From: Candidatus Aenigmatarchaeota archaeon
GTDB lineage: Archaea > Aenigmatarchaeota > Aenigmatarchaeia > CG10238-14 > SpSt-28
Length of the DNA: 64,000 bases
Direction of reading: 5' to 3'
Assembly: GCA_039000725.1 (NCBI GenBank)
Contig: JAWBNO010000002.1
Location: forward strand, 2,071-66,070
Position numbers and translations under genes: made by a program. Under the pieces are notes generated by a model that had not been told where the DNA came from, searched no databases, and was given only the letters and a program-made list of their open reading frames with translations. Of this stretch, positions 1 through 9,390 are shown piece after piece (position 1 is the stretch's first letter; each line of letters starts with the position of its first letter).

Positions 1-1178
1 AAATTGGAATTCTATCGGCAGTAGTTTCTTTATCAAACTCTATATTTCAAATACTTTCTATACCGTTTTTTAGTTATATTAGAGACAGAATTAAAATTTA
101 TTTGATTTTTAGTTTTTTAGGAGGAATATTGTTTATACCAATAGCTTATGTTAATGATGTATATAATTTAATTTTTTTTATCTCTTTGCAGTCAATAATG
201 ATTTCATTGTCATCTATTTCTTGGAACGAGATTCTAGTTCAAGTTTATCCTAAATGGAGAAGAGGAAGAGAAGCAGGAGTAGTTAATACAATATCAACAA
301 TAGGTCGTTTAATTTCTTTTATAATCGGAGGTATAGTGATAAGAAAATTTGGCTTTATTCCTTACTTATTCTATTTTTCATTCTTTTTCTACGGAGTTTT
401 AAGCAATCTTTTTCTAATTAACGTTAAAGTGATCAATCGGAATAGTAATGCTAACAAAATATATATCAAAAGTATTTTAGAAGATAGACTCTTTTTAAAA
501 TTTACTTTACTGATATCACTTTTTATGTTTTTTGTTGGAATAGGAGCACCACTTTTTGATTTACATTTAATTAGGAATTTGAACTTTGATAGCATAAAAA
601 TAACCATAGTTTCTGTGATTTCTCTTTTAGTTTATTATTTCTTTTCAGAGAGCGTCGGAAAGGCTTGTGATTTATTGGGGACAAAAATAATAATTCTTTT
701 TGGTTTACCATTAATTTCTATATATCCTTTCCTTTATGCAATTGGAACAAAACCGCTTTGGATATACTTAGTTACTTTTGTTTGCGAATTAGGGTGGGTC
801 GCTTTTAATACAAGTACATTCGTTTACCTTTCTAATATTTCTGAAAAAGACCCATCTAAGTATTTTGCTCTATACTATTCGATCGTCAATCTTTTTTCAA
901 CAGCTGGTAGATTTTTTGGAGGATATTTATCTCAAGAAATCGGCATACAACAGACATTAGTACTTTCTTTCATACTGAGGTTTTTATATTCCTTCATTTT
1001 TCTTGTGATGGAAGAAAAAATAAGTAGAAAACACGTATTTACACTATCTATAATATCTATGTATAAAATAACTAGCTATTTAGACGGATTTGTTTCAATT
1101 TATTTTTATATACTTAGAGAATCGAGTAAAACAACTATAGAAAAAATAATTAGAAATTTAAGAAAGTTTTTAAGATAG
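1..1178 (+). CDS. MFS-type polytopic membrane transporter, 5' end cut by window edge
   Basis: Frame of the 102..1178 ORF stays open back to nt 3. Many hydrophobic helices with short basic loops (KWRRGRE), typical of major-facilitator proteins. Confidence 0.5.
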   Translation, partial: IGILSAVVSLSNSIFQILSIPFFSYIRDRIKIYLIFSFLGGILFIPIAYVNDVYNLIFFISLQSIMISLSSISWNEILVQVYPKWRRGREAGVVNTISTIGRLISFIIGGIVIRKFGFIPYLFYFSFFFYGVLSNLFLINVKVINRNSNANKIYIKSILEDRLFLKFTLLISLFMFFVGIGAPLFDLHLIRNLNFDSIKITIVSVISLLVYYFFSESVGKACDLLGTKIIILFGLPLISIYPFLYAIGTKPLWIYLVTFVCELGWVAFNTSTFVYLSNISEKDPSKYFALYYSIVNLFSTAGRFFGGYLSQEIGIQQTLVLSFILRFLYSFIFLVMEEKISRKHVFTLSIISMYKITSYLDGFVSIYFYILRESSKTTIEKIIRNLRKFLR

Positions 1179-1193
1179 AAAAAAAATATTTTT

Positions 1194-1832
1194 ATGGAAG
1201 AAGCAATTTTGACAATTTTTTCATCACTTATAAATCAAGTTATTACATATCTTCCTCTAGCTTTTATTTCTTTACTTACCATTGCAATAGGATTTTTGAT
1301 AGGTAAAATATTTAGTCGAATTATAGAAGAAATTATAGAAAGAACAAAAATAGAGGAGTACATCTTTGGTAAAAAAATTATAGGTTTAGATTCTCTATTT
1401 TCTTTTTTGATAGCAATTTCAATATATCTAATATTCATTAGAGTAGGTATAGACTTACTAAATATTGCTTACATTTCCACAATATTAGAATCTATAATAA
1501 ATTTTATAGGTAGGATAATAATTTTTCTAATAAGCTTCTTGATAGGAGTCGGAATTTCTAACTTTATAAGAAAGAAAATAGAAGAAAGCGATATAGATTT
1601 CAACTACTTTGTTTCTAAAATATTGTATTATGTGTGTATATACATAGTTTTAGTTATGACACTACCTATACTAGGAATAGATACTACAATTTTGTCTATA
1701 CTCTTTATAATAGTACTAATAGCATTAATACTACCTATTTCTATAGGCATAGGTTATGCAATTAAAGATGATATAAAGGATATTATAAGAAAATACATGA
1801 AAAAAAGAAAATTAATTAGAAAAAAGAAGTAA
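1194..1832 (+). CDS. hypothetical integral membrane protein
   Basis: 212-aa ORF with several hydrophobic helices and a Lys-rich C-terminal tail. No recognisable catalytic motif. Confidence 0.4.
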   Translation: MEEAILTIFSSLINQVITYLPLAFISLLTIAIGFLIGKIFSRIIEEIIERTKIEEYIFGKKIIGLDSLFSFLIAISIYLIFIRVGIDLLNIAYISTILESIINFIGRIIIFLISFLIGVGISNFIRKKIEESDIDFNYFVSKILYYVCIYIVLVMTLPILGIDTTILSILFIIVLIALILPISIGIGYAIKDDIKDIIRKYMKKRKLIRKKK

Positions 1833-1836
1833 TTTT

Positions 1837-2562
1837 ATGGAAAGAAAGATTGCAATAAAGTGTTGTATAGACGAGATTTCTAGTGGAAAATTTTATGAGG
1901 GAAATAAAGAAGAGATGATACCTAGTTATGTTTTAACTAAATATGGAGAAAAAATATTCAGAGTAAACATATTCGGAACAGTAGTTGATAAGTTTGTTTC
2001 AGAAGACGAAAGCTATGCCACGTTAGTATTAAACGATTTTAGTGGTGCTATAAGAGTCAAAGCATTTAGAGATAGTGTAGATAAGATTAAAAAAGTCGAG
2101 TTGGGAAATAATGTTGTTGTTATTGGTAAACCTCGCCTTTGGAATAATGAGATTTATGTTGTCTTAGAAATAATAAGGATTATAGAAGACCCAAATTTTG
2201 AAAATTATAGAAAACTTGAAATACTGAAAAAATTGCTAGAAAGGAAAAAAATAGTTGCTGAGATTCGTGCTTTAAGAGAAAAACTGGATGAAGAAAGCTT
2301 TAAAACTTATGTTGAAGAAAAGTATGGATTTAGTATTGATGAGTTAGAGTTTATATTGAAAGAAAAGGAGGAAAAGAAAGATTTCAAATATTATGTATTA
2401 AGTATAATAAAAGAATTAGATAAAGGTGATGGTGTGGAAATTTTCGAGATTTTTAGTGCTATAAATTTAGAGTCATCAATATTAGATTCTATACTAACAG
2501 AACTACTAAATGAAGGTAAAATTTACGAAGTTGAGCCGGGAAAAATAAAGGTGAGATCGTGA
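1837..2562 (+). CDS. OB-fold nucleic-acid-binding protein, RPA2(RPA32)-like with C-terminal winged-helix-like region
   Basis: Central OB-like block (FRVNIFGTVVDKF...ATLVLNDFSGAIRVKAF...VVVIGKPRLWNNEIYV) followed by a coiled region and a small C-terminal helical domain. 4-nt overlap with aIF2-beta. Confidence 0.45.
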   Translation: MERKIAIKCCIDEISSGKFYEGNKEEMIPSYVLTKYGEKIFRVNIFGTVVDKFVSEDESYATLVLNDFSGAIRVKAFRDSVDKIKKVELGNNVVVIGKPRLWNNEIYVVLEIIRIIEDPNFENYRKLEILKKLLERKKIVAEIRALREKLDEESFKTYVEEKYGFSIDELEFILKEKEEKKDFKYYVLSIIKELDKGDGVEIFEIFSAINLESSILDSILTELLNEGKIYEVEPGKIKVRS

Positions 2563-2957
2563 ACTATGAAGAACTTTTAAATGAAGCTTTTAGTAAGATG
2601 GTCAAAAGGGAAACTAAAGATAGATTCAATCCGCCTCAAGCTGAAATAGAGTATGTTTCGAATAAAACAATAATAAAAAATTTTAGTGATATTGCTGATT
2701 ATTTGAAAAGAGATGTTAAGCATTTTGCTAGGTATATGATGAACTCTTTAGCTACTTTGGGAGAAATTAAAGGCAAATCTTTAATTTTATATTCTAAAAT
2801 TAGAAAAGAACAATTATTAGATAGGATAAACAGTTATATAAAAAATTATGTAATGTGCAGGTTTTGCAACGAGCCAGATACTAAACTTGAAAAAGAAGAT
2901 AGAATATATTTCATAAAATGTGATGCTTGTGGTGCGAGATATGCCATTGAAAAATGA
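2559..2957 (+). CDS. eif2b: translation initiation factor aIF2 beta subunit
   Basis: Size and motifs of eIF2-beta/eIF5 family, with a C-terminal zinc ribbon CRFC...CDAC. Confidence 0.85.
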   Translation: MNYEELLNEAFSKMVKRETKDRFNPPQAEIEYVSNKTIIKNFSDIADYLKRDVKHFARYMMNSLATLGEIKGKSLILYSKIRKEQLLDRINSYIKNYVMCRFCNEPDTKLEKEDRIYFIKCDACGARYAIEK

Positions 2958-3252
2958 ATTTTGGTGTAAGGTTAATAAGACTAAAACCGATTTTATAGTT
3001 GCTATTTGTGATAAAGAACTTTTGGGTAAGAAAATTAAGGTAGATAAAGATTTCTCTATTCATATAGCAGAAATTTTTTATAAAGAAAGACTGATTTCAG
3101 ATGTAGAAGCTAAAGAATTGATGAGTAAGGCAACTATATTGAACCTCTTTGGGGAGAAGATAGTTAAATTGGCTGTTGAAATTGGAATAATTTCTTTGGA
3201 TAATGTTATATATTTTGATGGTGTTCCGCATGCGCAGTACATTAAAATCTAA
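2941..3252 (+). CDS. DUF424-like small protein (commonly follows aIF2-beta in archaea)
   Basis: About 100 aa, FIVAICDKELLGKK pattern, and position directly after aIF2-beta. Start moved to the internal Met at 2941. Confidence 0.5.
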   Translation: MPLKNEFWCKVNKTKTDFIVAICDKELLGKKIKVDKDFSIHIAEIFYKERLISDVEAKELMSKATILNLFGEKIVKLAVEIGIISLDNVIYFDGVPHAQYIKI

Positions 3253-3622
3253 AAAAGGTCAATTCTTTATACTTTCTACAATATCTTTGATAATAATTTT
3301 ATCGGCAATATCCAGAATTTTATCATTTTCAAACATCCCCTCCACTTATGAGGTGGTATTTAGAAATGAGTTTCTAGCTTTCAACAATATTGTTTCAAAA
3401 TCAATAAAAACAGTAGATATAAGTAGAGATTGTGAAGATCTTAATTTTAATCTAGAGGAGTTAAAAAAAATTATAAAAGATACTTATGAAATTTTTCATA
3501 TAGGTTTTGAATATAGCATTGAAAATTGTAATCAAAGTTTCGTCAACGTTAGTTTTAGAATAACACTTAAGTCTCAAGTATCAGAGATGGGCACAGAATT
3601 TAATATAGTTAAAAACTGGTAG
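3230..3622 (+). CDS. archaeal type IV pilin-like protein (class III signal peptide)
   Basis: N-terminus MRSTLKSKKGQFFILSTISLIIILSAI: basic stretch, K-G-Q, then a hydrophobic helix, as in prepilin-peptidase substrates. Confidence 0.5.
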   Translation: MRSTLKSKKGQFFILSTISLIIILSAISRILSFSNIPSTYEVVFRNEFLAFNNIVSKSIKTVDISRDCEDLNFNLEELKKIIKDTYEIFHIGFEYSIENCNQSFVNVSFRITLKSQVSEMGTEFNIVKNW

Positions 3623-3879
3623 GAGGGTGTGCCTGTTGTAACCCGCCTTTTGTTTTTGCAGCATTAGTCTAAGCGCTCTAAGAGCTTGCGTCTCATCAGC
3701 TGCGCGAGTCCGTTTCACCCCCCAACAACCAACTCATATTTAAATCATTGTTATCGATTGTTGAGGGTCTCGTTTCTGATACTCGCGCAAACCCTCTCGA
3801 GTTTTTTAGCTTCAACGGGCGGAATTTCCTCACCCTTGCTTTTATGCAAGGGCGAAGCTGCTCAACAGGCTCACCCTCC
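3622..3879 (-). ncRNA. rnpB: RNase P RNA
   Basis: GC-rich 258-nt island. On the minus strand: terminal P1 pairing GGAGGGUG...CACCCUCC, CR-I-like GAGGAAAUUCCGCCC, GGGGUGAAACGGAC, and CR-V-like ACAAAAGGCGGGUUACAAC that can pair with the CR-I strand (P4). Confidence 0.8.
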
Positions 3880-3931
3880 AAAATTTAGTTCAATGTATAA
3901 GATTTAAATATTTTAACCCCAAGTAAAGAAA

Positions 3932-4972
3932 ATGAGTAAAGAAATAAAAGTTAGCATTAAGATACCATCTTTAAACCTGAAAAATTATAATTTTTGGAAA
4001 TATTTGGCATTAATTTTTTCAATTTTGTTCTTAGCATCTTTTTATTTTAACGTGACCGGTTTTTATCTTAGAACAAACGAAACAATTGCATCTTATCCTT
4101 CTAAAGAAAAAATTATGAAAGATACTATAGAATTTATAAATCAATACTTAATTCAACCGGGAGCAAAAGCTGAAGGATTAAATATAACTGATAAAGGAAC
4201 CTATTATGAAATAATGACAATATACCAGGGAAATTATATTCCAGTTTATGTTTCAAAAGATGGTAAAGTTTTGTTTTTACAAGGTATAGATATGGATGAA
4301 TTTAAAAAAACAGCTATAGAGACACAACAAACTTCTCAAACCCAAAAAGATATACCAAAAAAAGAAAAACCAGAATTTAAAGTTTTTATCATGAGTTATT
4401 GTCCTTTTGGAATTCAAGCAGTTAAAGCTTTGCTTCCAGTTATGAAATTATTGGGAGATAAAGCAGATATTAGTATACATTTTGTTAACTACATAATGCA
4501 TGGAGAAAAAGAGGTTTGGGAAAATTTAAGGCAATACTGTATTCAAAAAGAACAAAAAGATAAGTTCTATGATTATATGTTATGCTTTGTTCAAAGTGGA
4601 GATTATGAAAAATGTATTAAAGAAGCTAATGTTGATGTTGAAAAGTTAGATTATTGTATTAGCAGCTTAGATAAAAAATACAATATAACAGAAATTTTGA
4701 AAGATAAAAGTACTTGGCTTAATGGCGTTTATCCGCCATTTCCAATTGAAGATGAGCTAAATGCAAAGTATAAGGTTAGAGGATCACCAACTATAATTAT
4801 AAACGACGTTGAAGTTAGATTAAGTAGATCTCCAGAAGAATTCAAAAAAGCTATATGTAACGCATTTGTTAATCCTCCAAAAGAATGTGAAGAAAAATTA
4901 TCTACTGAGATTGCTTCACCAGGAATAGGTCCTTTAACTGGAGGAACTAATACACAAGCTTCTTGTGGTTAA
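3932..4972 (+). CDS. membrane-anchored thioredoxin-fold (DsbA-like) protein
   Basis: N-terminal TM helix. Thioredoxin-fold block with CPFG in place of CxxC, a Cys-rich helical insert, and a cis-Pro-type GSPT motif. Confidence 0.55.
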   Translation: MSKEIKVSIKIPSLNLKNYNFWKYLALIFSILFLASFYFNVTGFYLRTNETIASYPSKEKIMKDTIEFINQYLIQPGAKAEGLNITDKGTYYEIMTIYQGNYIPVYVSKDGKVLFLQGIDMDEFKKTAIETQQTSQTQKDIPKKEKPEFKVFIMSYCPFGIQAVKALLPVMKLLGDKADISIHFVNYIMHGEKEVWENLRQYCIQKEQKDKFYDYMLCFVQSGDYEKCIKEANVDVEKLDYCISSLDKKYNITEILKDKSTWLNGVYPPFPIEDELNAKYKVRGSPTIIINDVEVRLSRSPEEFKKAICNAFVNPPKECEEKLSTEIASPGIGPLTGGTNTQASCG

Positions 4973-4973
4973 A

Positions 4974-5243
4974 TTAGATAAAATCCATATTTTTAATTAT
5001 TTTTGCTATTTTTCTTCCTCTTTCTGTTAATGCAATAAATTTTTTTCCTCCTTCTTTTTTATACTCTATAATTTTGAATTTTTTTAGAATTTTAAGAGAA
5101 TTTACTAATGAAGGCGGACAATTTAAACACTCTTTTTTTAGCCTATAAAAGTTAGTTTTTTCCTTTAAAAGAAATAAAATAATCTTTAGATTTGAAACAT
5201 TTCCAAATATTTTTGAAATTTTTTCTAGCTTTTTCTCTTCCAT
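4974..5243 (-). CDS. small winged-helix (ArsR/PadR-like) transcriptional regulator
   Basis: 89 aa with an HTH-like segment and a C-terminal wing (EYKKEGGKKFIALTERG). Divergent from the trx operon. Confidence 0.55.
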   Translation of the reverse strand: MEEKKLEKISKIFGNVSNLKIILFLLKEKTNFYRLKKECLNCPPSLVNSLKILKKFKIIEYKKEGGKKFIALTERGRKIAKIIKNMDFI

Positions 5244-5250
5244 AGTTAAA

Positions 5251-5279
5251 TTTATATACTAGGTATATAAATTATACCT
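5251..5279. promoter_or_regulatory. overlapping palindromes in the divergent regulator/thioredoxin promoter
   Basis: TTTATATAC-TAG-GTATATAAA (5251..5271) and AGGTATA-TAAAT-TATACCT (5261..5279) lie in the 36-nt gap between 5243 and 5280. Confidence 0.5.
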
Positions 5280-5684
5280 ATGGTGGAGAAAATGGATGAT
5301 GAGGAAAAAAGAATTATAGAAAGCAAAATTAAAAAGTATTTAGATAGAGAGAATAGGGTAGTTTATAATGTTAATGAAAGAAATTTTGAAGATCTAGTTA
5401 TTGAAATGTCTAATAAAATTCCTGTTATAGTTGATTTTTGGGCAGAATGGTGTTATCCTTGTAAAATGTTGTCTCCAGTAATAGAAAAAGTAGTTAAAAA
5501 ATTTAATGGGAAGGTTATATTGGCAAAAGTTAATGTTGATGAAAATCCAAATTTGGCTATGGAATATAATATAATGAGTATACCTACTGTGCTTATGTTT
5601 AAAAATGGTAATATAGTGGATTATTTTGTAGGATTTATTCCTGAAGATCAAATAGAAAAATGGATAGAAAAGAATTTGGGATGA
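5280..5684 (+). CDS. trxA: thioredoxin
   Basis: WCYPC active site within a classical thioredoxin fold (VDFWAEWCYPCK...IPT). Confidence 0.85.
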   Translation: MVEKMDDEEKRIIESKIKKYLDRENRVVYNVNERNFEDLVIEMSNKIPVIVDFWAEWCYPCKMLSPVIEKVVKKFNGKVILAKVNVDENPNLAMEYNIMSIPTVLMFKNGNIVDYFVGFIPEDQIEKWIEKNLG

Positions 5685-5688
5685 GATT

Positions 5689-6636
5689 ATGGAAAAATAT
5701 GATGTAATAATTGTTGGTGCAGGGGCAGCAGGTTTAACAGCGGCAATATATGCTAGAAGAAGAATGCTAAAAACATTAGTAATTTCTTTAAATATTGGGG
5801 GTCAAGCTCTTTTAACAGATCAAATAGAAAATTATCCAGGCTATTTAGATAAAAGTGGTCCTAAATTAATGAAAATCATGGAAACGCAAGCTAGAAATTT
5901 TGGAGCAGAAATTTTATTGGGATATGTAAATAAGATTGAAAAATCTAATGATGGCTTTAAAGTTATAAGTAATGTTGGGGAGTTTGAATCTAAAACTGTT
6001 ATAGTAGCTGCTGGTAAGGTTCCAAGAAGGTTAAATGTTCCTGGTGAAGAAAAGTTTTTAGGAAGAGGTATTAGTACTTGTGTGACATGCGATGCGCCAT
6101 TTGCTAAAAATAAAGTTGTTGCAGTTGTTGGCGGTGGAAATTCTGCTTTAGAGGGAGTAGAGGTTGTTTCTAAGTTTGCTTCTAAGGTTTATTTGATTCA
6201 TAGGAGAGAAGAATTTAGAGCAGATGAAGTTACTGTTGAAAAAGTTAAAAAATTGCCAAATGTAGAGTTTGTTTTAAATAGTGTAATAATAGAGTTTTTG
6301 GGTGATAAGAAACTTGAAAAAATAAGAGTTCAGAATTTAAAAAGCGGAGAAATTAAAGAGATTGAAGTGCAAATGGTTTTCTTAGAAATTGGACATGAGA
6401 CTAAAATAGATTTCGTTAAAGATTTGGTTAAGTTAAATGAATATGGAGAAATAATAACTAATAAGCTTGGAGAAACAAGTTGCCCTGGTATTTTTGCTGC
6501 CGGTGATGTAACCGATTCTCCATATAAACAATTGGTTATTGCGGCATCTGAAGGGGCAATTGCAGCTTTGAGTGCTTACAATTATATAGCTAAAAAAGAA
6601 GGTAGAGCTGGAATTAAAGTAGATTGGAAGGGGTGA
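5689..6636 (+). CDS. trxB: thioredoxin reductase
   Basis: GAGAAG FAD motif, redox-active CVTCD, GGGNSA NAD(P)H motif, and C-terminal GDV motif. Confidence 0.85.
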   Translation: MEKYDVIIVGAGAAGLTAAIYARRRMLKTLVISLNIGGQALLTDQIENYPGYLDKSGPKLMKIMETQARNFGAEILLGYVNKIEKSNDGFKVISNVGEFESKTVIVAAGKVPRRLNVPGEEKFLGRGISTCVTCDAPFAKNKVVAVVGGGNSALEGVEVVSKFASKVYLIHRREEFRADEVTVEKVKKLPNVEFVLNSVIIEFLGDKKLEKIRVQNLKSGEIKEIEVQMVFLEIGHETKIDFVKDLVKLNEYGEIITNKLGETSCPGIFAAGDVTDSPYKQLVIAASEGAIAALSAYNYIAKKEGRAGIKVDWKG

Positions 6637-6640
6637 TAAT

Positions 6641-7753
6641 ATGATTGAAAAGTTGAAAGATGAATTTGGGCCAGAAAAAATAATTGAAGTTTACGATCCA
6701 AAAGTTAATTTACACGGTTTTGTAGTTATAGATAATACTGCTAGAGGTCCAGGAAAAGGAGGAATAAGAATGACTCCTACAGTAACAATAGAAGAAGTTT
6801 TTAAGTTAGCTAGAACGATGACGTGGAAAACTGCTTTAGCTGATTTACCATTTGGGGGAGCTAAAAGTGGAATTGTTGCAAGTAGTGAAGAAATTAAAAA
6901 TAGAGAAAGAAAAAGGGAGCTTATGATAGCATTTGGGAGAGCCTTGAAAAACATAGCTCCCAAGATTTACATTGCAGCTCCAGATGTTAATACTGGAGAA
7001 GAAGAAATGAGATGGTTTGTTGAAGGAAATGGAAATCCAAAATCTACAACTGGAAAACCAAAAGATTTAGGTGGTTTACCACATGAATTAGGAAGTACAG
7101 GATATGGCGTTTATTTAGCGACTTTAGAAGCTTTGAAATTTAAAAAGATAGATGTTAAAGAAAGTAAAGTAGCAGTTGAAGGTTTTGGAAATGTTGGCAG
7201 TTTTACTGCTAAATATTTATATGAGGCCGGAGCGAAAATTGTTGCAGTTAGTGATAGTAGAGGAGTAATTTATAACCCTAATGGTATTGATATTAATAAG
7301 TTAATTGAAGTTAAAAAATTGGAAGGAAGTGTAGTTAATTATAAAGATGGTGAAGTACTTCCTAATGAAAAAATTTTTGAATTAGATGTTGATGTTTTAA
7401 TACCAGCAGCTTTACCAAATGTTATTAATGAAAAGAATGTTGATAGAGTAAAAGCAAAAATTATAGTAGAAGGAGCTAATATTCCAATTGAAGAAAATAT
7501 AGAAGAAATTTTACATTCTAGAGGAGTATTAATAGTACCAGATTTTGTAGCTAATGCAGGTGGAGTAATTTCTAGCTATGCAGAATATAGAGGATATGAT
7601 GAAAAGAAGGCTTTTGAATTAATAGAGAAAAAGATTGTTAAGAATGTGAGAATAGTTTTAAGAAAAAGTAAGAAAAGTGGGAGATCATTGAGAAAAGAAG
7701 CTTTGGATTTGGCTAAAGAAAGAGTAAGAAAAGCTATGGAAAAAGTTAAGTAG
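6641..7753 (+). CDS. gdhA: Glu/Leu/Phe/Val dehydrogenase family protein (short glutamate dehydrogenase type)
   Basis: GPGKGGIRM, GGAKSG catalytic-Lys region, and GFGNVG Rossmann motif. Confidence 0.8.
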   Translation: MIEKLKDEFGPEKIIEVYDPKVNLHGFVVIDNTARGPGKGGIRMTPTVTIEEVFKLARTMTWKTALADLPFGGAKSGIVASSEEIKNRERKRELMIAFGRALKNIAPKIYIAAPDVNTGEEEMRWFVEGNGNPKSTTGKPKDLGGLPHELGSTGYGVYLATLEALKFKKIDVKESKVAVEGFGNVGSFTAKYLYEAGAKIVAVSDSRGVIYNPNGIDINKLIEVKKLEGSVVNYKDGEVLPNEKIFELDVDVLIPAALPNVINEKNVDRVKAKIIVEGANIPIEENIEEILHSRGVLIVPDFVANAGGVISSYAEYRGYDEKKAFELIEKKIVKNVRIVLRKSKKSGRSLRKEALDLAKERVRKAMEKVK

Positions 7754-7785
7754 TAAAGTTTTATTTCTAAAAAATCATATCCAAT

Positions 7786-9360
7786 ATGAAATCTATTAGC
7801 AGCTTTATTTCTTCAATTTTAATAGTTGGTATAGTTGTTTCAGTAGGAATTATAATTTATTCTTTTTCTTCTGGTACTCTAAGAAATTTAATTTCTATAG
7901 AAGAAGAAAGAAGGGAAGAAGTTATTGCTTGTATGGGAACATATTTTGATGTATATTCATATAACTTAGGAAATTATAGAAGAAAAATTTTGATTAACAA
8001 TTCAGAAAACTCTAACGATTTAAATGATTACCAAATTTTAATAACTTTAGATACAGCAAGCCTAATTTCAGCTAATAAAATGAGAAATGATTGCGGAGAT
8101 ATAAGAATTACAGATTCTGATAAAAGAACTTTATTGAATTATTGGATAGAGCCAAATACTTGTAATTCTCAAAACACAAAAATTTGGGTAAAAGTTCCAA
8201 ATATTCCTGCAAATTCAAACAAAACAATTTATTTATATTATGGAAATTCTAATTTGAATTCTTTAAGTAGTGTAAAAAATACTTTTATAAGAGAAATTGA
8301 TGGACTAGTTCTATATTTACCTTTTGATGAAGGTTCTGGAACAATTGCTTATGATTATAGTGGAAATAATAATCATGGAACTATTTACAATGGAACTCAA
8401 GTATGTGCAGGAAACTCAACTCATAATACAACTTGTCCTCAATGGGTTGATGGAGTATTTAGAAAAGCTTTAAGTTTTGACGGAATTGATGATTATGTTG
8501 ATGCGGGCAATGCACCAAGTTTGAATATTAATGATGCTATGACTGTTCTGGCGTTCGTAAATTTTAATTTTTTAGACTATAGTGACGGGAGCGGAAAGTT
8601 ACTCGGAATTGCTAACAAAGGAAATCCAGATACCATGGCTCCTAATTATGGTTGGTGGTTTGCCTACGATAATAGAAATAACAAAAAAGAATTTTTATAT
8701 ACTTGTTTTGGTAATTCTTTAGGAGGATACGCTGGGGGAGGAAATAACTTTGGTGGTTCTGTATATTACTATATTTTTTCGATTAGTACTTGGTACCATC
8801 TTGCTTTTACAATAAATCAAAAAGAAGCTAGGCTGTTTATCAATGGTATTCAACACGGACCAACTAAATCTATTTCTAATCTTCAATTGGCGGACACAAA
8901 CAGAAATTTGACGATAGGAAAGCTCTCGGGAATGGCTCATTTTTATAATGGTACAATAGATGAAGTTAGAATTTATAATAGAACCTTAACTGCAGAAGAA
9001 ATTTCAGATTTATACAACAATTATGGTTATTCAACATTAAATTATCCTGGAAGAACATTGGTTAGAAAATATTCATATCCAGAGCCAAAAATAGTTATAG
9101 ATAATGAAGAAAATTCTACGGTTTTTCTCTATTTCCATTATTCTGGGGCTCCTACCGGCTCCTTAGGAAAAAGCTTTATCTATTTTTCTAATCTAAAAAA
9201 TGGAAGTTCAATTCAAAACAATTTTGAAATAGATTGTAATTTAGGGAAAGATTGTATGCTATCTATAAGAGAATTAAATTTAGAAATAAATGACATAGAT
9301 AAAATTAGAGTTTGCTCAAAATATTGTTTAGACGTATGTAATGATGTTATATTTAAGTAA
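7786..9360 (+). CDS. pilin-N-terminal / DUF2341 / LamG (concanavalin-A-like) surface protein
   Basis: N-terminus KSISSFISSILIVGIVVSV resembles the archaeal pilin N-domain. DUF2341-like block (CGDIRITD...NYWIE...KIWVKVPNIPANSNKTIYLYYGN). LamG block (LSFDGIDDYV...IDEVRIYNRTLTAEEI). Confidence 0.6.
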   Translation: MKSISSFISSILIVGIVVSVGIIIYSFSSGTLRNLISIEEERREEVIACMGTYFDVYSYNLGNYRRKILINNSENSNDLNDYQILITLDTASLISANKMRNDCGDIRITDSDKRTLLNYWIEPNTCNSQNTKIWVKVPNIPANSNKTIYLYYGNSNLNSLSSVKNTFIREIDGLVLYLPFDEGSGTIAYDYSGNNNHGTIYNGTQVCAGNSTHNTTCPQWVDGVFRKALSFDGIDDYVDAGNAPSLNINDAMTVLAFVNFNFLDYSDGSGKLLGIANKGNPDTMAPNYGWWFAYDNRNNKKEFLYTCFGNSLGGYAGGGNNFGGSVYYYIFSISTWYHLAFTINQKEARLFINGIQHGPTKSISNLQLADTNRNLTIGKLSGMAHFYNGTIDEVRIYNRTLTAEEISDLYNNYGYSTLNYPGRTLVRKYSYPEPKIVIDNEENSTVFLYFHYSGAPTGSLGKSFIYFSNLKNGSSIQNNFEIDCNLGKDCMLSIRELNLEINDIDKIRVCSKYCLDVCNDVIFK

Positions 9361-9390
9361 AATATTTATTTTTTAATTTGAAAATTCATA

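Noticed and set aside
3686-3907. ORFs 3686..3907 (+) and 3696..3881 (-).
   Set aside because: They overlap the RNase P RNA. The region is explained by conserved RNase P sequence and pairing elements.
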